Source: Saprolegnia diclina VS20
Lineage: Eukaryota
Length of the DNA: 53,255 nucleotides
Reading direction: 5' to 3'
NCBI RefSeq assembly: GCF_000281045.1
Contig: NW_008246077.1
Location: forward strand, 571,129-624,383
Shown one piece after another: positions 12,537-23,568 of the stretch; within the stretch, counting starts at the first letter, position 1; the number at the start of each line of letters is the position of its first letter. The position numbers and the translations under genes are program-made. The notes beneath the pieces are model-generated. The model had not been told where the DNA came from. It did no database searches and saw nothing but the letters and a program-made list of their open reading frames with translations.

Positions 12537-12902
12537 ATGTTTCAGCGCGTCGCTCGCTTCCTTCCACGCCGACTCACCAAGATGCCGTCGGCGCCACCCC
12601 GCATCAATTGGTCCCGCGTCACCAAACAACGGCCCAGCGCTGTGTATGGTGCCTTGTCCAACAAAGTCGCAAGCTTGAACCTCTACAGTGTGCTCTCCAA
12701 GATGCAGTGGACGCTCCGCCCGACGACGACGCCGGCGCGGACGTACAAGCCACGCTACGTCACCCTTGTGGGTGGCCACGCGGTGCCGTTCCATCCGTTC
12801 GAAACGCAGGTTAGCAAAGTGCAGCGTCAAGCCCTCGGCAAAGCTCTCTTTGTGATCCCCGAAGACTCGGACGGCGAGACCGACGACGACGACGATGCTT
12901 GA
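12537..12902 (+). CDS. Small orphan protein family, copy 1 (121 aa; basic body, acidic tail)
   Basis: Clear paralogy to the ORFs at 15652 and 16793 (NWSR, SVLSK.QWT.RP, VGGH.VP, SKVQR.A, LFVIPE). An INR/FPR-like GCCACTTTGCATTTTGC precedes the ATG. Confidence 0.75.
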   Translation: MFQRVARFLPRRLTKMPSAPPRINWSRVTKQRPSAVYGALSNKVASLNLYSVLSKMQWTLRPTTTPARTYKPRYVTLVGGHAVPFHPFETQVSKVQRQALGKALFVIPEDSDGETDDDDDA

Positions 12903-13114
12903 CCGCACCGGCACCGCTCGAGAACGCAGTTATTTATCCCGTGGTGTAGTATCTCAGTCTCTTGGTCGACGAGGGACAATAGTGTAATTTTTATTATAAA
13001 AGAGTTGTTTTTATAAGACAATTTGGTCAAAACGACAACCTGGTACCGGTAGCTTATTCAGCCGATTCCCAGTGGCGAGACTCCTTGAGAACCCATAAAG
13101 ACCGTGTTCGCGTG

Positions 13115-13930
13115 TTAGATGGGGCGGCGGACAATGCTACGGTTGCCACGGATCGTCACGTGCTCGCTCTGCGCAGTGCTGCAAAGCCGCATGACGAGTG
13201 CATTCGACCGTGCATCTAGCGCCTTCCACATGTGCTGGGCGTACGAGACTTGCTCATACGACTGGCCCGGCGCCAAGACCATGTACGGAACCTCCGTGGC
13301 GTTGGATTTCTCCCACACGAGAGCAACAGCAGCTCCGGTCGCATTGAGGAAGTGCAGGATTATCGGCGTTGGCGTCGCTGTATCGGAAGACACGCGCAGC
13401 GACTGGACATCAAGGACCTCGACGACGCTTGGCGTCGATGGTGCCTCGTAGTATTCGAGGAGCCCGCCCGCATGCATGATCTTCCACACATGTCCGACGT
13501 ACGTGTCTTGCGTGTAGAGCATGTCAGGTGCTACGCGGCTGTAGGGCACGTCATCACCGTCTTCGTCGACCCAGATAATGTCGATTGGTACTCGGAAGCG
13601 GCACACAAAGGTGATGCGGGTCGGCTGCTGGCTCGTTGGCGACCGACGACGCGGTGCATCAAGCGGCGGCGCCGACGGCCGCAGTGTCACAAGAGTCGTC
13701 GAGCGTGTCGCGGTGGTGGCCGCTTGGTGCTCGAGGATCGCTTGCTTGAGCGAGTAATTGGGCATGAGCTCCGTCGACGGCAGCTCTTCGTTGGTCACGG
13801 GACTCCGCCGGTGCGACTGGAACCAGCGCGTGATCTGCGCCCGCTCGTACGAGTGGCCGTCGCGCGCAATCACGGGGTCGCGCATGATCTCGCACGAGAT
13901 CGGGCACAGGAACGAGTGCAGCCCGGCCAT
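13115..13930 (-). CDS. U-box E3 ligase with two tandem VHL beta domains
   Basis: U-box FLCPISCEIMRDPV...GHSYERAQITRWF...SPVT...LMPNYSLKQAI. It is followed by two repeats of F-x8-W-x9-Y-x12-[ST]Y-x2-H-x-W (the F-to-W distance is slightly longer) that match the pVHL beta-domain spacing. Intronless, 271 aa. Confidence 0.85.
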   Translation of the reverse strand: MAGLHSFLCPISCEIMRDPVIARDGHSYERAQITRWFQSHRRSPVTNEELPSTELMPNYSLKQAILEHQAATTATRSTTLVTLRPSAPPLDAPRRRSPTSQQPTRITFVCRFRVPIDIIWVDEDGDDVPYSRVAPDMLYTQDTYVGHVWKIMHAGGLLEYYEAPSTPSVVEVLDVQSLRVSSDTATPTPIILHFLNATGAAVALVWEKSNATEVPYMVLAPGQSYEQVSYAQHMWKALDARSNALVMRLCSTAQSEHVTIRGNRSIVRRPI

Positions 13931-14387
13931 GTTGCACTTTCGAGATGACAGCGGAACAGAGACCATCACTCTGCAATGACGTGGGCTGCGGACACGCAAC
14001 TCAAACTAAGATCTTAGTTCGAATCGAGACCTTGACAAAGGATTACAGTGCCTGGTCAATTACAGAGGGCACGAGATGATAAATACACTAGCTCCAAGGG
14101 CGGGTGTGTATATCATCTTATGCAAGGGCTCTCCGTGCGGCTTTCCCGGCTCGGGCGCCGGTAGCGGACCTATTTCTTTCCTTGGACGGACTCGGTGATG
14201 ATCTTGGCAATGATATGTCGGTTGATGTCGACATCTCCGTGATCCGGAACGCGCCGAGCCACGTGACGAGCAGCTTCTGGTATTATTTATCGTGTCCAGA
14301 CCAAAGAACGTAGCAGATGTTTTTATTACATGCATCTAAGGGATACCCTGGAACATACTCACCGACGCTGGCGACACATTCCGATGT

Positions 14388-14635
14388 GTTCAACGAGAGT
14401 CGGCTCCATCAACCACGTGTACTCGTGCAAGTATGGCAACTTCGTGATCGGCTGTCGCGCGTCACGGGACAAGTTTGACGACTCGCAGCCCACACTCCTC
14501 TATCCGAGCACGACCTGCAAATATATGTGCCCTTTGTTAATGATACGGTACAGGATGTCGATGTATCTGAAAGGCGTATTTGCGCGCTTTGACCCGACGT
14601 TCGTGCCGCCCATGGCCAAAGTGCCGTTCGACTAG
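14388..14635 (+). pseudogene. Degenerate duplicate of the myotubularin gene 3' end
   Basis: ACCACGTGTACTCGTGCAAGTATGGCAACTT, CGCGTCACGGGACAAGTTTG and TTTGCGCGCTTTGACCCGACGTT match 11359-11640. The copy has internal deletions and a decayed last intron. Confidence 0.85.
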
Positions 14636-14696
14636 AAGGACACTCACTTCGGATGCTTGCTTGCGCGCAACGGTAGCGATATTCCGTTGCAGGTTG

Positions 14697-14938
14697 NNNN
14701 NNNNNNNNNNNNNNNNNNNNNNNNNNNNNNNNNNNNNNNNNNNNNNNNNNNNNNNNNNNNNNNNNNNNNNNNNNNNNNNNNNNNNNNNNNNNNNNNNNNN
14801 NNNNNNNNNNNNNNNNNNNNNNNNNNNNNNNNNNNNNNNNNNNNNNNNNNNNNNNNNNNNNNNNNNNNNNNNNNNNNNNNNNNNNNNNNNNNNNNNNNNN
14901 NNNNNNNNNNNNNNNNNNNNNNNNNNNNNNNNNNNNNN
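14697..14938. other. Assembly gap (N run)
   Basis: Run of N characters. Confidence 1.
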
Positions 14939-15651
14939 GATGATGCGTGAAGACAGAAGCAGTAACCTCTTGCCCCGATCTGGAAATGGCAACGAAAGCC
15001 ACACGACGTCGCGCTACAGACTGGGTTAGGAATGACTAGAGTGGACGCGACCAAAGTTCTGATCGTAATGACGAGTTCAAACCGTGAAGATGAGTTGTAA
15101 CGGTCGAGCATTGCGCTATCTTGCGTCAGCTCCTTGCGTCAATCGTTTCATGCAAGCAGTACGCTAAATCGCCCTTGGGCTGACATATCGGCCAAGAAGA
15201 CCTCGTATACCAAGGACAACGTGCGTCTACCTCTGGGATGACTACGTGTTGCTCACAGACGAATACTCGAAATGTTTGTGATCGCGTCAATGTCTTGTCA
15301 ATATGGTGGTGAGTGCGCGTATTTTGCACGGTAGCTGCTACGAGCGGTGCAAAATCAACCAGCAAGTACTAGTACAATACTGGGCTGTCCAGATTGATGC
15401 AGTACTGGGCTGAGCTGAAGCTGCTGCCCTAGTTGCATGTGCGTATACCGAATTTGTCAACATTGTTCGAAAATCAAATGGCTCGAATCTGAGTGGAACC
15501 AGAAGCAACCGATCATATTGATCCCAGTGCTCTCCTTTCGTGGGTGGTGCTGGGCGGCTGAAATGCCGTCGCGAGTGTGCGTAATGACCCGAGGTATCAT
15601 CGATCCTACTTCTCCTTCGCGTTCTCGCCTGCCACTTTGTATTTTGCAAAC

Positions 15652-16026
15652 ATGTTTAAAATCGTCGCTCGTTTCATACTGCGCCGACCGACCAAGATAC
15701 TGACGTCGCCACCCCGCTTCAATTGGTCCCGCGCGGCCAAGCGACGGTCGAGCGCCGTGTATGATGCCGTATCGAGCAACGTCACAAGCTTGCATCGCTA
15801 CAGCGTGCTCTCCAAGATGCAGTGGACGCGCCGCCCAACGCCGGCGCAGACGTGCCAGCCGCAGTACGTGACCCTTGTGGGCGGCCACTGGGTGCCGTTG
15901 CACCCGGTGGAAACGCGGTTGAGCAAAGTCCAGCGACGGGCCTTTCGCAAAGCTCTCTTTGTGATCCCCGAAGACCCGCAAGGCAGCGAGACGGACGACG
16001 ACGATGACGCTTCCGATGACGCCTAA
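15652..16026 (+). CDS. Small orphan protein family, copy 2 (124 aa)
   Basis: Close paralog of 12537-12902, including about 130 bp of homologous upstream sequence. Confidence 0.75.
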   Translation: MFKIVARFILRRPTKILTSPPRFNWSRAAKRRSSAVYDAVSSNVTSLHRYSVLSKMQWTRRPTPAQTCQPQYVTLVGGHWVPLHPVETRLSKVQRRAFRKALFVIPEDPQGSETDDDDDASDDA

Positions 16027-16442
16027 CCCAGAGCAGCGACGATCCTGTGTTATTTATCGCCTATATCCCTCGGTCGAAGAGGGATATATTGTCTTATGTT
16101 TAAAACACTTGATTTTGTACGACGTTTTGGCCTTTTCGTGCCAACGACAACCAGACCGATGCATCCTGCATCACGCATTTTTCTCTATTTTGAGCATTAG
16201 AAAGGTGTTTGATGCGGCGCAGAACAACACGATCCGCGTACCCCGTGCTCACTCTGCATACTGCCGCGAAGCTGCCCGAGACGCGCATTCGACTGCACGT
16301 CCAGCGCCAAGACGGTGTACGAGACCTCCGTGTCGTTGGGTTTCTCCCACCCGAGACTTTTTGCACAACTCGACCGTGATGAGAATGAATATATTACATT
16401 TCAATCGAGTCGTTGTAAATAAATATAAAAGCGCGAAGATCT

Positions 16443-16793
16443 CTAGTCGTCGTCTTGGGCGGTCTCTTCTTCAATGACGTAGAGCTTCTTGCCGAGGGCG
16501 CGGCGCTGGTTCTTGCTCCACTCGGTTTCATAATGTCGGAACGGCACGCAGTGCCCGCCCACGATCGTGAGGTACCGGAATTGCGCCGGGCGCGTCGGCT
16601 TTGTTGGGCGGTGCGTCCAGTGCACCTTGGAGAGGACGCTAAAGAGGTGCAAACTCGGCACATTGGCGCTCGAGAGCGCGCCAAAGACGGCGTTTGGCCG
16701 AGCCTTTGTGACGCGCGACCAGTTGATCGGGTGCGCCGGCGCCGTGGCTTGGCGCGAGGCAAGAATCCGGCCGAACGAAGAGCGCGTGAGCAT
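16443..16793 (-). CDS. Small orphan protein family, copy 3 (116 aa, inverted, more diverged)
   Basis: INWSRVTKARPNAVFGALS...SVLSKVHWTHRP...IVGGHCVPF...SKNQRRALGKKLYVIEEET. INR-like TCACTTTTCCTTTTGC lies upstream. Confidence 0.75.
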   Translation of the reverse strand: MLTRSSFGRILASRQATAPAHPINWSRVTKARPNAVFGALSSANVPSLHLFSVLSKVHWTHRPTKPTRPAQFRYLTIVGGHCVPFRHYETEWSKNQRRALGKKLYVIEEETAQDDD

Positions 16794-17570
16794 TTTGTAG
16801 CAAAAGGAAAAGTGAAAAGCGATTTGCACCGTCCGATCGCACGGTGGTACCGTCTATTCCAACCCCATTTTTTTGAAATTGCATCGCGCCAAAATTTTTC
16901 GCGCGACAAGCCGAAAAACAGTCGGCGATAGATGGGCACGTGCGATAGAGAGCGTCCCATTCCTACGAGCATCCATGGACTGCCACGTGTCCTTTCAACA
17001 GCCAAGCGACTTCGAGAGTCCCGTGAATCGGCAGCGTGAATTTGAGGGATAGAATAATGAGCGCGGCTTCTTGAATGCGATGTGCAAGCGTGGTCGAAGG
17101 CTTGGCGCCCGGTCGCGACGATTGACGGACACGTAGTAACATGCTTCGAGCGGTCTCTTGCGAGTTGAATATTTTGAAATAGCTAAACAGAACTGGCACA
17201 CACAAGGCGGCGGATATGGGTCGTGAGCATGCGTCTGCCTGTTGGTTTTACAATAACAAAACATTGGAAATGCGTGAGATGCCATCTGAATAATGGCGCG
17301 AGAAGGTCCAGGAACTGATGCGCGATCAAATCCGCGACGACTCCATTGTTGATGCAGCATACTATTCGACTTACTATTCGTCTGCGGTCGGTTCTTGTAT
17401 TGGCAGCGAACGTGGTTTGCCTGATTATCTCTGGACAACGTTGGATCTCGGCACTGCAGGAAACGTAATAATGATTGATTGAGCGACAAGGAGCTGCGTG
17501 GACGAACGCTAATAAACGTCATATCTACAGTGTATCTATCGAGCGAGAACGACTACCATCGACTTGAACG

Positions 17571-17843
17571 CTACGACATGTTGTCTTCGTCGTACGACTC
17601 CACAACGGAGCGGAATTTGTTGCTAGTGCTTTGGTGGTGGCCGCTTCGCGGCGCAAGTCGGCGGTGCGTCAAGGGCGCCAACGGCAACGGCGCTTTGGTT
17701 GTTGTCGGTGGCGCCAGTGGGGTGCGGAGACCAGTCGACGGAAACGGAGATGGTGTCGGGGCGCGCACGTACTTGCGGGGCCTTTGCTCGAGACGGCGCG
17801 CTTCCTGCACTTCGAGGGCCTGAAGGATCTTGGTACCAAACAT
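17571..17843 (-). CDS. Hypothetical small Pro-rich protein (90 aa)
   Basis: ATG-initiated ORF with a GC-rich coding-like composition between lower-GC flanks. No recognisable domain. Confidence 0.45.
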   Translation of the reverse strand: MFGTKILQALEVQEARRLEQRPRKYVRAPTPSPFPSTGLRTPLAPPTTTKAPLPLAPLTHRRLAPRSGHHQSTSNKFRSVVESYDEDNMS

Positions 17844-18500
17844 CGCGGTGTGTGTTGAACGGAGGTAACGTTAAATGCAAACTGACATGGATGGCGCGAT
17901 CTTCCAGCGTTGGAATGAGCGCGAAAAAATTGCTGGAAACCAGCCAATCAGCGGTCTGTTCGATCGAACCTGCCCAATGAAAACGCTGTATCGGTGACAC
18001 ACGCCGGCGCAAAAATTATCCGTTGGCTCGATGCCGATGCTCGCATTAAAACATCCCAAAGGTACTCAAGGAGCGATCGACGCGGACGTCAACTCCACAT
18101 GACGAACGGTATTCGTAGCCCGGAGAGGACGTCAGCTACACGAGCGTATGGCTACCGTCGATGCACGACTCGTGAGACTGTACGATGCAAACACCTGGCT
18201 CTCTCCCGCTGGCTCGTCTAGCAAACAACAATCCCAGACCAGAGTCGGCGATTGTCGCATGCTTCACCCCTCGCAATGAAGTACCATACATCAACACCAG
18301 TCTGCATCAACATGACCACGTCCGATGACGCAATGACACGCATGGCGACTGCATCCGAGCGCAATTTTTCATTGCAGTTTTCATCAAGTACCTCGGATGC
18401 AAAACGAGCTCGCAGCAAATACGTGGACCTCGTTCAACATTGTTGAGCTACAGCTGTACTACTGTAGTGCTACAGTATTTTTGTCGTGACGTGGCATTCA

Positions 18501-19830
18501 TTAGTGGCGATTGTGTTTGGTCCCATTTGAGGGCAAGAGAACATCGAGCGAGTCACGAATGCGGGCAAAGACGCGCTGGGCCTTGACGCCATCGAGGCCT
18601 TCGTCTGTGAAGGGATCTTCGAGCGCTCGCTCCACGTTGAAGATGCCAATCATGAGGAGGCTCGTCACGACGCTCAGCGTGAGTGCAAAGCCGTAGCTGG
18701 TAGGCCCCGCTGTCGCCACGTACACGTAGTAGGGTCCGTAAAAGAGGGGAAGCAGCAAGATGACGAGCCGCGTGAACGACCGCGTCGCTTGCGGCGTCCG
18801 GTACAACTAGTATAGCATTGTACAGCCTGTCGTGTCTCGTCGAAACGGTACCTTGAGGTTGCAGAGCTTCTCGAGACGGGCTTGGAGCAGCCAGTGGTAT
18901 TGGTTGATACGCGAGGCCTCGTTCGCGGGCAGTCCCACAGCCTTCATGACCTCGACTTGACCTTGGAGGAGTTGGATCGAGTACGTCACCCGGCGCGCGA
19001 GGCTGTGAAAGTGATCCAAGAACGATGACGCTTGGTCCTTCCCAACGCTGGTAAATTGATGGCGACCGCGCGTAAAAGTCGGCAGCGTCAAGATGCGCTG
19101 AAGGTCGGCGAGCACCGTCCGCAAGAGCTGCTTGGTGACGAGAGCATGGTGCAACGGCAGCTTCATCCGCTCGTTCTTGCCCCAGTCCCACATGGCGTGG
19201 GCCAAGAGCACGTTGCAGCTCAGCGCTTTGACTAGGCATCAAATTGACGGCATGTTTGTAATCGTTTCGCGTGCGATATTATACCTTCGGCGAGGAGGTC
19301 CAGCGCGAGCTCGCGGCGGGTGAACGCTTGTCGGATTTGCATAATCTAGAAACCCTAAACCCTAAACTGGAATATTCGCTATAGCGTCACGGCGCACCAT
19401 GGGCGAGACGACCGCGAACGAGACGATGGTCCACGAGAGATTCGCGGCGAACGACGGGCCGTCCGTAGCGACGTGCGCGTGGAAGTAGGCACTCGTCGAG
19501 ACGATCGAGAGGCCGACAACAAGCGCCTACCCCACCTTCCTACATGAGCCAACACATGCGGTGAGCGAAGCGTACGGTTTCCAGCGAGAGCAAGTGCAGC
19601 GAGAGGATGATGGCGGCGGCATACAAGTCCAAGCACACATCGCGGCAGTGGGTTCGCAAAGCGCCGCTGCCGACAGCCAGTAGCGACCGGTCCTCGGTGC
19701 CGGCAAAGGCGTCGAGCGTTGGCACGAGTGGGAGGTCGTCAAACGTCGCGTACAGATGGGCCACCAGCGGGTCGTCGACCTCGTCGTCCTCGTCGACGAC
19801 GGTCGTCGACGCGTGGAGCAGTGCTTGCAT
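18501..19830 (-). CDS. Bestrophin-like (UPF0187/YneE-type) membrane protein, paralog A
   Basis: YRTPQATRSF, FYGPYY, and IFNVERALEDPF. Introns at about 19527-19575, 19346-19397, 19232-19284 and 18807-18851. Paralogous to 25345-26611. Confidence 0.7.
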
Positions 19831-20020
19831 CGTGCGTTACAAATACGGCCTTTTCAGTCGGATCTTGGACCCATAAGACTTATTTCTTTGACCTATAAGA
19901 CTGATTTCTTAGAGCCACCTTTAGACCGATTGTTTCTCATTTTGGGTCAACATAAGACGAATTTGCTTCTCTTCGAGCCATTAGAAGTCGAATGCCTCCT
20001 GTATGACATGGCGCTTGACA

Positions 20021-21259
20021 CTATGCGTCGGTGGGCGCGACCCAGCCATCAATACTCTTGACGATGAGCGGCAGCACCGTGTCAATCGAGGCTTGGCTGC
20101 GGCTGTACAGCGTCACTTGGACCTGGAACGCGCGCTTCTCGACGTCGATATGGTCCTCTACAGCAGGCAACTTGGTTACGTGAAAGTGCAGTCGTATTTC
20201 ACCTTTGGTGTTGACATAGCTGCCAATCATGACGGACGGGTGCTCGTTCTGGATCTTCTTGAGGCCCGCGGCAATAGCCCCTTCAAAAAGGTGCGTTCGC
20301 GCCTGTATCACAACGTCAAACTCGCATTGTCACGGTGTAGACTGCGCACCTTGGCTTGCAAGATCGGGACGCCCTTGAAGTAATCTTCGTTGGACTCGAT
20401 CATTTGATGCAAAAGACGCGGAATGCCCGGGAGGATGTACACGTTTTCGACAGCCACGATCGGCACCTAAGATATAGATTCCTCCCGTAAACACAAAATC
20501 AAACGCGCTTGTTTACGTACCCACGTCGAAGTCTTGAGCACAGTGGCTCCTAATACACACCACCGATCGCTCATGAGCAACGAGAGCAAGTATGAAGTCG
20601 AGAGACCTTTTGGGAACGTGACCATGCGCAGGCGATCTTCGTTGAGCTCTTGGCCCTTGGCTTCGAGAAAGCGCTGGAGGTCGTCGCGCGTTGGGCCATG
20701 TACTTCCATCGGCACCTGAAACGCGGCGGCCTAATGCATTGTCATGCGTATGGAGCTGGATCATGGCAAAGTACGTACGATGCTTTCGTACGTAATGTCA
20801 TCGTGCGTAGGGCCAATACCACCTACATACACGTAAAATGTAGCAGCTTTTTTCGCGTCAAGCGAGGTACCTGACGTGAAAACGTAGCCCGTCGGCCCCA
20901 CGAGCTTGGCGAACGACTGCACCGTCTCGGCAATCACCTACTTCCATCTTCAGCACACGTGCACGCTCGAAGCGCAAGCAAAGCCTTGCCTCGGCATCGT
21001 CAGGAATGACGCTAATACGCGCGAGGTCAATGCCACGGCGAAAGAGAAACTTGGCGAGGTAGTTGCTGTTCGTGTCCAGCGTCTAAAACCACCATGAGAT
21101 GCGGATACCGCCATCGTCGTGGCTGCAGATGACCTTGCCGCTAAGCACTTCGTTCGCAATGACGCAGATTGCAGCCTTGGGCGGCGACGTCGTATGGCTC
21201 ATGCTGCGCGCTTGGATCGATCGGACGAGGTGCAAGGACGACGCTACTCGGGCGAGCAT
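20021..21259 (-). CDS. Molybdopterin-binding-domain (CinA-N / FAD diphosphatase-like) protein, probably mitochondrial, multi-exon
   Basis: KAAICVIANEVLSGK, YVFTSG..IGPTHDDITYES, RLRMVTFPKG and VPIVAVENVYILPGIP. The N-terminus is Arg/Ser-rich like a presequence (MLARVASSLHLVRSIQAR). Confidence 0.8.
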
Positions 21260-21638
21260 CCCAAATCCAAAATGCACCGCCTCGTGTATTGTTTCGATAA
21301 AGTACGTTTTTATGCATTGGTTCTTTGTATAAGTCGCATCAAGTACGTCGCACTTGATTGCGTAGGGTGGGCCCTCTTTTCCATTAGGAAGTCCATCGAA
21401 TTCACACGTATTATTTGGTACGGATTTAGTGTTTATTCGAAGCGTTCACCGACAATACGCACAATCGCGACTGGCGTCGCGTGCTCCTCGGCGGCCAAAT
21501 CTCCAGCGCCTTTATATTACGATAAATACGATGGCGCATACGATGACCCTGCCCATAGCGAAGCCAGATATGATTTGGCCATGAGGTACACTATTTAGGT
21601 GTATTGGTGGTGAGCCAATCAAATGGCCATTGCAGGAT

Positions 21639-23568
21639 ATGATGATGCACCGCTGGATCGGTCGCCGCGCTGGCCCGCCACGTGCGCTGGCTGCGCGCTT
21701 CTTCTCGCAGGACACCATCTACGCGCTCTCGTCCGCAGAAGGCCGCGCCGGCGTAGCCATTGTGCGCATCTCGGGCCCGATGGCCGACGCGTGCTTGGCG
21801 CAGATGACGACGACACCGGCGTTGCCCGCGCCGCGCCTGTTGGCCACCAATCTTCCTGCGGCCATCTCACCAAGACGCCTAGGGCGGCGGTGCGTAAGAT
21901 CTACCACCCGCAAACCAAGGAGCTCCTCGACTCGGCGATGGCCCTCCGGTTCCCACAACCCAAGAGGTACATGATCCATTTCGATATTAGTCTTAAGCAC
22001 CACGCGGCGTAGCTTTACAGGCGAAGACGTTGTGGAGCTGCATTTGCACGGCAGTCGACCGGTCGTGACCGGCGTACTCCAAGCGCTCTCGACGATCCCG
22101 GTACTCGACGCAGGCATGGGACGGGGCATGAAGCACCTGCGTAGACCTGTCGACCGGCCGAAGCCGGCGAGTTCACCGAGCGCGCGTTTGAGAACCACAA
22201 GATGGACCTCATGCAAGTCGAAGGCCTCGCGGATCTTCTCAACTCGGAGACCGAAGCACAGCGCAAGCAAGCTCTGCACCAAGTACGACGACCATGCTTT
22301 CTACCTCTCAATCATGCCATGGACAGATCTCGGGCACCGTCGGCACAGTTTTTGAGGACTGGCGCTCAACGCTGGTGCGCTGCATGGCCCACGCCGAGGC
22401 CAACATTGACTTTGGCGACGACGAAGACGACGTGACGGACGCAGCGTACGACGCTGTCGTCGACAAGTGCGCCCACACTTTCTCATAATAACGTCATCCC
22501 ACGAGGCGCACGTAGGGTGCGCGCGCTGGATGCGTCCATTCGCCGCCACCTCGCCGACGGTCGGCGTGGCGAGATTCTCCGCAACGGCGTTCAAGTCGCG
22601 ATTCTCGGGTCGCCCAACGCGGGCAAGTCGAGTCTTCTCAACGTTTTGGCGCAGCGCGACGCAGCCATCGTGTCGCCGATTGCAGGTCGATATGATCCAT
22701 ACCGACAACAAATGCAAAATGCAATATAGGCACGACGCGGGACATTGTGACGGTCCCCCTCAATCTCGGGGGGTACCCGGTCACGCTCAACGACACGGCT
22801 GGGATTCGCGAGACGAATGATGGTACGTGTCTGGATATGATGGTCCTGGCGGCAATGTTTCTGGCGCTAGTCATCGAACAAGAAGGCGTCTCACGCGCGC
22901 ACAAGTGCCGCGAAGACGCTCACATCAAGATCCTCGTCATCGACATTCACGTATACATATGACTGCATACGCAAAATGCCTGATATGCGTCTAGTCGTCG
23001 GTGGATCCGCAGCTGCTAAAGCTCATTGACGCCAACACGATTGTCGTTCTCAACAAGCTCGACCTGGCGACGCGGACGCTGCCGACGCTCCAGGTGGCGT
23101 CATGACGGTCGACACGCGTCCAATACTAACGTTGACACTAGGTGCAAGCAGCGGCCATTTGCCCTATTTCGTGTGCCGACGGTGCAGGCATTGACGCCTT
23201 TCTCAAGACACTCCAGCAGCGCGTTCAGTCCATGTATGAAACTATCGCAAATGGATATGTCCTATCCATGCAATGTAGGTTTGCCGGCGTCAACGATGAT
23301 GTACAAGGCCTTTTGATCACGCGCGAGCGCCACCGCACGCACCTTCAAGACTGCGTGACGCATCTCGAGGCGTTTTTGAGTCACCCATACGAGGTACGCT
23401 GCCTCTCGTTTCGCAGATTATAGACTAACTGACTAACACTACATGTAGTCGGAACTCGCGGCCGAAGACCTCCGCCGCGCCATCCACTCGATTGGCCGCA
23501 TCCTTGGGCGCATCGACGTCGAGGACATTCTTGACGTCCTGTTCCGCGATTTTTGCATTGGCAAGTAA
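21639..23568 (+). CDS. mnmE: tRNA modification GTPase MnmE/TrmE (mitochondrial GTPBP3/MSS1), intron-rich
   Basis: DTIYALSS...[62 protein letters not shown], and the C-terminal FCIGK followed by stop. Confidence 0.95.

Noticed and set aside
14409..15111. ORFs spanning the N run
   Set aside because: They are artefacts of translating the assembly gap.
18460..18477. 8-bp hairpin TACTGTAG-TG-CTACAGTA followed by a T run
   Set aside because: It resembles a bacterial terminator, but the context is a eukaryotic 3' UTR and it is too short to support a call.
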